Virus record (IMG/VR): IMGVR_UViG_3300020411_003820
Location: 1 to 64,000 of that record
DNA: 64,000 nt
DNA from: a virus
Strand: one strand, 5' to 3'
Positions 26,849 to 33,820 of this stretch are shown here, piece after piece (the first letter of the stretch is position 1; each line of letters opens with the position of its first letter). The translations under genes and the position numbers were made by a program. The notes beneath the pieces were generated by a model that saw nothing but the letters and a program-made list of their open reading frames with translations, did no database searches and was not told the origin of the DNA.

Positions 26849-27394
26849 TTACCGTGATACCAATTGAGGTGGTACATTTTTTGTATTCATCGAAAACTGC
26901 AACCGCTGTCCGCTTTGTGTATCAAAGACAAATGTTGTTTCCCCGCTTTTCGCGTCCGTATTTTGATTTTGAAGTCCATATTTGTTGAATACGTCCATAC
27001 GTTTAAATTTATCATCGCCAGCGGCTTCAAGTTCTGCAGCTATTTTAGATAAAGAATCCTTGGCACTGTCGACATCTGTAGGTAAACTTTTGCTAGACTT
27101 TTTATCACCCATGTCAAACCTTGGATCATCATCCATATTAAATTTAGAATCGTCAAAGTCCGCGGACATTGAAGACAGCTCTTTATCAAGAGCGGCCCAC
27201 TTATCAGCCATGGCAGGATTAGGCGCTAAAACTCCAGCAGCAGTTGTAACCAACATGCCTGCTGAAACCATTTTTTTAACCCAATTTGGCATTGCTTCTT
27301 GAAGTTGTATTTCTGTAAGCTGTATGTCGCTTGATAAAGCAGCTTCGACCTCTTCTCTGATAATCTGTTTTAATTGTGATTCAGTAATCTTCAT
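26849..27394 (-). CDS. MKIT-leader protein with internal signal peptide
   Basis: MKITESQLKQIIREEV...LTE..LQE, then AMPNWVKKMVSAGMLVTTAAGVLAPNPAMA. Confidence 0.75.
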   Translation of the reverse strand: MKITESQLKQIIREEVEAALSSDIQLTEIQLQEAMPNWVKKMVSAGMLVTTAAGVLAPNPAMADKWAALDKELSSMSADFDDSKFNMDDDPRFDMGDKKSSKSLPTDVDSAKDSLSKIAAELEAAGDDKFKRMDVFNKYGLQNQNTDAKSGETTFVFDTQSGQRLQFSMNTKNVPPQLVSR

Positions 27395-27403
27395 GACGCT
27401 CTC

Positions 27404-28342
27404 CTACACTGCTGACAACAAATCTAGCAATAAATAGTTGTCTCTGTCGATAAAAGATGCATTTCTTTTTCGTTCGTCAAATACATCTTTTGGCATGGCG
27501 CCTACGTCCTCAAACCCTGAAATATTAATTTTGTATACTTCCACGTCGTAACGCAGTAGCATCTCAATAATCCTACGCTCTTTGTCAGCAGCATCGGGGT
27601 CAAGCGCGACGTAGACAGGGGTGTCGTTTCGTACAATCTCTCGTAATAATTTGGACCCTGACCGTAGGGTTGAACCCAATATAGGAACAGCATTTCCGGC
27701 GACCAATGCATCAAAAACTCCTTCAACAATAGTTAGATCTGAATTCCAGTCAATAAATAGCTCATTAAACACAATGTCCTTGGACACTCTCGGGTTTTTA
27801 TATTTATATGAGTCACCCGAGTAAGACCTTGCAATAAAGTAGCTACAATCGCCATTGTGATTGAATGACGGTATAACAATTCTATTGCGATATTCTCCAC
27901 TAAAACAAAAGCCAATCTTCCATCTCAATATATCTTGTTTGCTAACACCACGTTTCTGTAAATATTTCACTGCATATGTGGCCGTAGCTGGCATGTCTGT
28001 AGCACAAAGACTTATAAATTCATCCGGGAGTTGTACTTTCTCTTCGCTTCGCTCATGCTCGCGGTCCATAAATAAGTCAGCGAATCTTTCAAGATCGGGA
28101 CGATCTGTAACTTGGTCCCATTTTTGTAATTGGATATAGGAACCAAAACGCCTAATAGCACGACGAATGCTACGACCGCGATAATCACAAATCCAACACT
28201 TAAAAGCATTTTTGGCCAAATTAATAGAGAATTTACGTTTGTGATGACCGCATGCCGGGCACGTGAAAAGTAATTCTTCGCCCTTGTCTGCGTAGTTCCC
28301 AAACGTTTCATGTAATACCTTTTTTGCTTCTTTCTTGTTCAT
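27404..28342 (-). CDS. DNA primase (DnaG-type, zinc finger + TOPRIM)
   Basis: CPACGH...CWIC; YLQKRG; RIVIP; IVEGVFDAL; ALDPDA. Confidence 0.88.
   Translation of the reverse strand: MNKKEAKKVLHETFGNYADKGEELLFTCPACGHHKRKFSINLAKNAFKCWICDYRGRSIRRAIRRFGSYIQLQKWDQVTDRPDLERFADLFMDREHERSEEKVQLPDEFISLCATDMPATATYAVKYLQKRGVSKQDILRWKIGFCFSGEYRNRIVIPSFNHNGDCSYFIARSYSGDSYKYKNPRVSKDIVFNELFIDWNSDLTIVEGVFDALVAGNAVPILGSTLRSGSKLLREIVRNDTPVYVALDPDAADKERRIIEMLLRYDVEVYKINISGFEDVGAMPKDVFDERKRNASFIDRDNYLLLDLLSAV
27431..27438 (-). promoter_or_regulatory. Putative late promoter ACTATTTA inside the primase 3' end
   Basis: 36 nt before the ATG at 27394. Confidence 0.55.
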
Positions 28343-28355
28343 AACCCCTCAAGTA

Positions 28356-28384
28356 ATAATAACACAGGAAGCAAGTCGTGTCAA
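28356..28384 (-). promoter_or_regulatory. Sigma70-type promoter for primase
   Basis: TTGACA-17 nt-TATTAT with extended -10 TG. Confidence 0.8.
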
Positions 28385-28385
28385 G

Positions 28386-28414
28386 AAAAAAATGCTCCCC
28401 TAAAAAGGGGAGCA
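28386..28414 (-). terminator. Intrinsic terminator after hsp20
   Basis: TGCTCCCCT-TTTT-AGGGGAGCA followed by T7. Confidence 0.88.
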
Positions 28415-28420
28415 ATTAAA

Positions 28421-28906
28421 TTACTTGATTTCTATCTTACGTACCACAGGTTCAGCATTTGTTGGTACTAATTTCGGAATTGTAATCGTCAATACGCCAT
28501 TTTCGTGCTTTCCAATAATTCCATGCTGATCTAGATTATCGTCTAATCTAAAAGATCTAGCGAACGCTGATCGCTTGAGTTCTCGCTTCACATACTGTGA
28601 ATCTTCAACCTCTTGTCTCTGGTTGCTAGCTCCCTTGATTGTCAAGACGCCGTCTACAATTTCGACGTCCACATTTTCTTTAGCAAGGCCCGGGATGGCC
28701 GCTTCGATCTCAACTTTATCATCAAAATTCAAAACATTGCATTTTGGGTACGAGCCTTGTATGAAAAAGTCGTTACCAAATTCTTGATGAAGTGTTGGAA
28801 ACATATCACCAAGCATAGTGTTGAACAATTCGTCAAACGGTGTTAAGAATTCCCTTTTTGAAATATTGCGTGCGGGAAACGCAGGTCTGCGAATAATACT
28901 TGTCAT
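28421..28906 (-). CDS. Small heat-shock protein (Hsp20/alpha-crystallin)
   Basis: YPKCNV, IEAAIPGLAKENVDVEIVDGVLTI, RE...SAFARSFRL, NGVLTITIPK, C-terminal IEI. Confidence 0.93.
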   Translation of the reverse strand: MTSIIRRPAFPARNISKREFLTPFDELFNTMLGDMFPTLHQEFGNDFFIQGSYPKCNVLNFDDKVEIEAAIPGLAKENVDVEIVDGVLTIKGASNQRQEVEDSQYVKRELKRSAFARSFRLDDNLDQHGIIGKHENGVLTITIPKLVPTNAEPVVRKIEIK

Positions 28907-29011
28907 TTTATTTCTCCTTTATCAATGATAGTATAAAGTTGCAAACAGGCGCATTGCTCTGCTTGCACTATAAATATAGCCTTAAATCGTTAAAATCAAA
29001 ATAAATTCAAA

Positions 29012-29623
29012 CTATTGTGCACTGAGTGCTTCGATAATTTGAGCTTTTGTTGACCGAGTATTAACAGGTAGTCCGCGAGATTTTGCAACTTGCAATAGTT
29101 CAGCCTTGCGCATAGACGCGTTCCAATCAGACATCACAATTTCTTGTTCAGGATAAGGATCTTGGTCAATAACCTCTGGTTCCTCAGTTATCTCTTCAAC
29201 ATCCATTGCAACTAACTCAATATCAAAAGTTAGGTGTTCACCAGCAAGAGGATGATTTAAATCCAATACAACTTCATCATCATCAAAATCCTCAATACTA
29301 GCTAAGAATTTTCCTTGCGGTCCGTTGCCTTGTACAGTACCACCGACTTCGAATTCAAAATCAGGCGGAAAGGCGCCGCGTGGCACAGCTTGTCTCGCGT
29401 CAGGGTCGCGATGGCCATATGCATCAGCGGGTTGTAAAGTGACCTGCTTTGTCTGCCCAATAGACATTCCTAGAATTGCATCCACAAATCCGGGAATCAT
29501 ATCAGTTACGCCCATTTGAAATTGCAACGGAACGCCGCGCAATCTCGAATTATCAAATTCAGTACCATCCTGCAAGGTACCTGTATAATGAACACTTACG
29601 TGGTGTCCCATTTGTACTTTCAT
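29012..29623 (-). CDS. FKBP-type PPIase (SlyD/SlpA-like) with C-terminal Rho_N/HeH-like domain (probable start 29623)
   Basis: VSVHYTGTLQDGTEFD, IPGF, PADAYG, LDLNHPLAGEHLTF; tail MRKAELLQVAKSRGL...TKAQIIEAL; AGGAG RBS before MKVQ. Confidence 0.88.
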   Translation of the reverse strand: MKVQMGHHVSVHYTGTLQDGTEFDNSRLRGVPLQFQMGVTDMIPGFVDAILGMSIGQTKQVTLQPADAYGHRDPDARQAVPRGAFPPDFEFEVGGTVQGNGPQGKFLASIEDFDDDEVVLDLNHPLAGEHLTFDIELVAMDVEEITEEPEVIDQDPYPEQEIVMSDWNASMRKAELLQVAKSRGLPVNTRSTKAQIIEALSAQ

Positions 29624-29657
29624 TTTTTCTCCTATAGATGAAAAGTCATCAATGTTT

Positions 29658-29685
29658 ATTATAACGTATTTTTTCAATACGTCAA
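29658..29685 (-). promoter_or_regulatory. Sigma70-type promoter with an inverted repeat across the spacer
   Basis: TTGACG-16 nt-TATAAT; acgtatt-N5-aatacgt at 29664-29682. Confidence 0.7.
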
Positions 29686-29689
29686 GTCT

Positions 29690-30250
29690 TTAATTAGTAT
29701 TTTTTAAATTATATCCTGCTAATGCAACAATAATAGCGTCAGCACGATCATATGATTCGGGCTTGGGGTTGCCATTTTTTGTATATTCTATCTTAAACGC
29801 AGGTTCATTGTCAAGTAAATGTTGCAAAACAACTTGTTTTGCCTTTTGTCCTCTTGGGACTTTAATACCAGCGGATTTTCTTGCTGAGCTAGCACCAATA
29901 AACTCTGGTCTTATTTCAAATAATTCATACACCAGCCACGATACAATACCATTAAATCGTGTAAGTGTGGATAATGTTTTGGCAGACGATTTGCCGCCCA
30001 TAAACATATGCAAAGATTGTTCAATATATATGTGTTCTATGGGAAATGGCGAATTTCCTACATTAAGGGCTCCTTCGTTATCGCATTGATACATTTCGTA
30101 CAAATCTAGCAAACGTTCTTTCATTGCAATGGTCTTATCAAATATGTTTTTATATTTTCTCAAGTCAATAGAGTCGTAATACACAATTTGTCCGTCTGCA
30201 ACAACAGCAAAACCGGTAATACTTGTTGATATATCAATGCCCAAAATCAT
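29690..30250 (-). CDS. RuvC-like Holliday junction resolvase
   Basis: ILGIDISTSITG, IYIEQ and DRADAI RNase H-fold acidic motifs. Confidence 0.85.
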   Translation of the reverse strand: MILGIDISTSITGFAVVADGQIVYYDSIDLRKYKNIFDKTIAMKERLLDLYEMYQCDNEGALNVGNSPFPIEHIYIEQSLHMFMGGKSSAKTLSTLTRFNGIVSWLVYELFEIRPEFIGASSARKSAGIKVPRGQKAKQVVLQHLLDNEPAFKIEYTKNGNPKPESYDRADAIIVALAGYNLKNTN

Positions 30251-30262
30251 TATAATATTATA

Positions 30263-31594
30263 CTATATATCCAATTTAATTTTAAACGAATATCCATCTT
30301 CTTCGTTTTTTAATATTGGGTTGGCTAAGGTTGCCAAACCGAGTAATTTTCTATTTTTATCATAAATAGCAATTCTTGAAATATAAACTTGTCTTTTATA
30401 ATCTGCATCGTGCCCATGAAAGCTTGAACTTACAACATTCGCTATAAGTCTATCTGGGTTCTCTTCGTATATGAACGAACTAGTTGTAGATAAAATTTTA
30501 TTTTGGCCCTGCTGTATGTAAGTTGGGTTATTAGAAATGTTAACCTTGCCTTTTGGAGCATGTGCAAACATTGTAATTACTTGGGTGTCTGTTTGTCCTC
30601 TAAATGAAATTTCAAAAGCTGCTCTGTTGAGGTTACCACCAGATGTAATTCCATCTTTGCAACCAGCGCCAAAATAAAGCCATCGTGGTGAACGATTTTC
30701 AAAAGCGCCTGACTCCTTGTACAATCTTATAGCTGGGGCGCCATCGCCTATAATCCAAGAACCTGTTAACATAATAAAGCCTTCGTTGTATAAAACAACG
30801 CCAGCAACAGAGCCAGAACCGGGACTACCATGGGGCCCTACTTGAATTAATTCACCGTTTTGTTTAACGTCTTGTAGCTCACCAATTAATGAGCCGGTAT
30901 AATTCCATTTTAATGAGACACTGCCGGGATCAATTTTAGTGCCATAAAAGATTGATGGTATAGAAATTAAATTTATCGACTGATTATCTTTGTTCCAACC
31001 CGTGCGCTCTGGCAGCAAAACATTGCTAGAGTTATATCCAGCAGGTCTAGTGCTGGCTGTAATTGCGTAATGCTCGCTCATAGCATGAAGAAACTGTAGG
31101 CGATTACGCAAAGCAAAATATCTTGGGTTAACCGCTGGTCCTTTGTTTGGAAGAGTTTCACCAGTCTCTTCGTTGTATATTGTATCTCTCTGCGAAGCTG
31201 TGTGAAAATAATCTCTCGATATAGAGGCAGATAATGGGTAGTGATGTGTCATAATATCACCAAAAACAAAATCTGACGAGTATGCGGTTGAGCTTACCGT
31301 AGAAAAAGCGGCACCGGCAGATTGCTTTGTGATAAAAGGGTATATACTTTTAGCTGGAGTAAAGGGATTGCCCGGTTCTCCCGCAATCCCCTGATCTATA
31401 ATTCTATCAATATTATACTCAAAAAGGCTAATGTGTCCGGGAGGAACAACTCTAACATAAGTCGCTCTAGAACCCGATAAAGGAGGTTCGTCATTATAAA
31501 AAACATCGCCATTATAGATAAGAAATTTTACGCGAGGGAAAGCCCTCATCGTATTTTGTATAATATCTTTTTCGCCAAACTTTTTGAGGGACAT
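30263..31594 (-). CDS. Virion tail/baseplate protein
   Basis: C-terminal YISRIAIYD...LLGLATLANPILK...KLD; paralog of 31604-32740. Confidence 0.65.
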   Translation of the reverse strand: MSLKKFGEKDIIQNTMRAFPRVKFLIYNGDVFYNDEPPLSGSRATYVRVVPPGHISLFEYNIDRIIDQGIAGEPGNPFTPAKSIYPFITKQSAGAAFSTVSSTAYSSDFVFGDIMTHHYPLSASISRDYFHTASQRDTIYNEETGETLPNKGPAVNPRYFALRNRLQFLHAMSEHYAITASTRPAGYNSSNVLLPERTGWNKDNQSINLISIPSIFYGTKIDPGSVSLKWNYTGSLIGELQDVKQNGELIQVGPHGSPGSGSVAGVVLYNEGFIMLTGSWIIGDGAPAIRLYKESGAFENRSPRWLYFGAGCKDGITSGGNLNRAAFEISFRGQTDTQVITMFAHAPKGKVNISNNPTYIQQGQNKILSTTSSFIYEENPDRLIANVVSSSFHGHDADYKRQVYISRIAIYDKNRKLLGLATLANPILKNEEDGYSFKIKLDI

Positions 31595-31603
31595 CCCGAC
31601 CCC

Positions 31604-32740
31604 CTAATAATCCAGTCTCACGCGAAGAGTCAATTCGTTTGTAGGATCTTTACGTAATGGTTCTGACAGCTTTGCGGTTGCTAATAGTTCGCCAGCGGTG
31701 TTGTACATACCAATAGTTGTAATATATGCTATTGGGCTATCACTTGCAATGTTTTTAACGCGGATTTGGGCTCCGCTAAGATACGTTGGATTAGTACTGT
31801 AATTATAACGATTCCAAGGAACACGGCAGAAATAAATGTTAGAATTAATTTCAGTTGTGTTGTTGAAAGAAATGCTGCATATTCTGTGTCTAAGTGCATT
31901 ACATGAAGCTGTTATTGCACTGCCAGTAAAACAACCTTGGACGTACTTTTGATTAGCACCCAAATCACCTACTTGATCCGAGAAGCACTCGGTACCACGT
32001 GGTGTCGAGTTGCCGGCGCTTTGTGACGCATATTGAAAAATAGATGAACTAAGAACTACAACACCTGCTTGGTAGAAAATATTACCACAGCGGCCGCCAG
32101 TAATTCCATCCCTCTCTTTCATCAAAGTAGCTAAAGGTCCATCTTCCACGCGAAGCAATCCCATGTCTCCACCTAAGTGTGTAACAGTGCCTCCATTGTC
32201 GGATGCACTTGAATCAGTGATAGTGACTGTCGCACCGGCATTATAGGCATCTTGGAAGGAACCAGTAGCAATTGTAATGCTAAACGTACCTTTCTTAATT
32301 TGATCCTTAGTTAAAAGTCTTGAGAAATTAATGAAAAATACTTCTTTCATTGGGCGTTTTGCTGTAATGTCTTTTTGAATGTCAGGCTCAAATTTATGAA
32401 TTCCGTCTGCTTGTGAAGACTCGTACCCCATGAGAGTTTGAGCCATCATGTTATACATATTGATTTTTTTCGCATTTTGGACTGCAGCTGAAGATGAAAA
32501 AGATGATTCTTCGTCGTATCCAACAGCAATATCAAAAAGATGATTAGCTGAAGAACTTAAATATGGGTAGTCGTACACAGCTTGAAACTGTCCGTGACTA
32601 AAATTTTTAATGTTTTCTTCGATATAAGAACCGGTCGCAAACTTATATATTGTGCCAGTTAGCGGGATAGCTTCGTGCAGCAATGTTTTTGTTGAAACAA
32701 TATCCTTATTTAAATTAAAGGGTTGAAATTGATTAGGCAT
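31604..32740 (-). CDS. Virion tail/baseplate protein
   Basis: C-terminal YITTIGMYN..GELLATAKLSEPLRKD...RVRLDY, resembling the C-half of tail-collar domains. Confidence 0.65.
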   Translation of the reverse strand: MPNQFQPFNLNKDIVSTKTLLHEAIPLTGTIYKFATGSYIEENIKNFSHGQFQAVYDYPYLSSSANHLFDIAVGYDEESSFSSSAAVQNAKKINMYNMMAQTLMGYESSQADGIHKFEPDIQKDITAKRPMKEVFFINFSRLLTKDQIKKGTFSITIATGSFQDAYNAGATVTITDSSASDNGGTVTHLGGDMGLLRVEDGPLATLMKERDGITGGRCGNIFYQAGVVVLSSSIFQYASQSAGNSTPRGTECFSDQVGDLGANQKYVQGCFTGSAITASCNALRHRICSISFNNTTEINSNIYFCRVPWNRYNYSTNPTYLSGAQIRVKNIASDSPIAYITTIGMYNTAGELLATAKLSEPLRKDPTNELTLRVRLDY

Positions 32741-32754
32741 TTAAATTCTCCATT

Positions 32755-33783
32755 TTATACTACTTTCCTAATAAACCGGATCGGGACCTGCAATTGAACA
32801 CCAGACGTTTTTCCAACGATATACACAATAGTATCTATATAATCGTATGTATTTCCGTCACCAAATAGATTTTGTCCCGTTTTTCCATAAAGTGCATATT
32901 TTGCTGATTTTGATCTAATATCCGAAATAGGTATAAACATAACCATTGAGATGACGCCCGGAGGTCCGTTAATTACTGAAAAGTCTAGAAAATCTACATT
33001 TTCATTTTCATCAGAGGCTATTTGAGATACCTTAGACGGGATAATTGCTGTTTTATAATGTTTTAATCCCATACGATTACCAGATGCTACAACTGCTGAA
33101 CTGGCCGGCTGTAATTCAAGCTTAGCTGTACCATTAGTAAGACTCCAGGTTGACGTTGATGGATCTAGTGTGCGGACACGGGTACAAAATCTTGTATCAA
33201 CATTTACATCAAAGTTTGAATCAATAAGATTGTTGGCTTCAACAAAATTAGCTTGATTGGATAAGTCTACTGTGCGTGGTGGATTAGCATTTGACGAACT
33301 AATACCTGTTTCAATGTGGATGGCCTGCGCGTTACTAAAGCCACGTTGGTAAAATTGTCCTCCACCTTTTCCATTCAAAGAAAAAGCTTTTTTCAAAGCA
33401 GTAGAGGTTGTTGAGTTAACAGAAACGTAGTATACAGAACCAGTTGATTGCAGTACTCCTACACCAGAAGTAGTTATTGATTTATCTAAAATTCTAGCTG
33501 TTGGCATATATAGTAGGTTTAAATTACCATTAAAGCTAGCAAGTCCGTAATTGATGTTAGCGTTTGATGTTGCAAATGCTTCCAAAATAGGTGTTTGCAA
33601 AATTTCTAGATCGTAATATGCCGAGCCAGAAGGGTGATCTTTGTTATACAAGCGATAATCAATCTCGTCATCGCCTAGTGCAAATTGTGTAATCCTGAAT
33701 GTTCCTTCTGACATCCTTTTGCGCCCAACATCAGTCAATACTGCATCAAGAATGATGTCTCCGCTGTTATCTAAAAAAGCCAT
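32755..33783 (-). CDS. Virion tail/baseplate protein
   Basis: N-terminal ILDAVLTDVGRKRM..G.F.ITQFALGDDEIDY, resembling the N-half of tail-collar domains. Confidence 0.65.
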   Translation of the reverse strand: MAFLDNSGDIILDAVLTDVGRKRMSEGTFRITQFALGDDEIDYRLYNKDHPSGSAYYDLEILQTPILEAFATSNANINYGLASFNGNLNLLYMPTARILDKSITTSGVGVLQSTGSVYYVSVNSTTSTALKKAFSLNGKGGGQFYQRGFSNAQAIHIETGISSSNANPPRTVDLSNQANFVEANNLIDSNFDVNVDTRFCTRVRTLDPSTSTWSLTNGTAKLELQPASSAVVASGNRMGLKHYKTAIIPSKVSQIASDENENVDFLDFSVINGPPGVISMVMFIPISDIRSKSAKYALYGKTGQNLFGDGNTYDYIDTIVYIVGKTSGVQLQVPIRFIRKVV

Positions 33784-33802
33784 TTATTTCCTCTCTCCTT
33801 CA

Positions 33803-33810
33803 TAAATAGT
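33803..33810 (-). promoter_or_regulatory. Putative late promoter ACTATTTA
   Basis: Intergenic, 19 nt before the ATG at 33783. Confidence 0.65.
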
Positions 33811-33820
33811 TTAAAAATGT

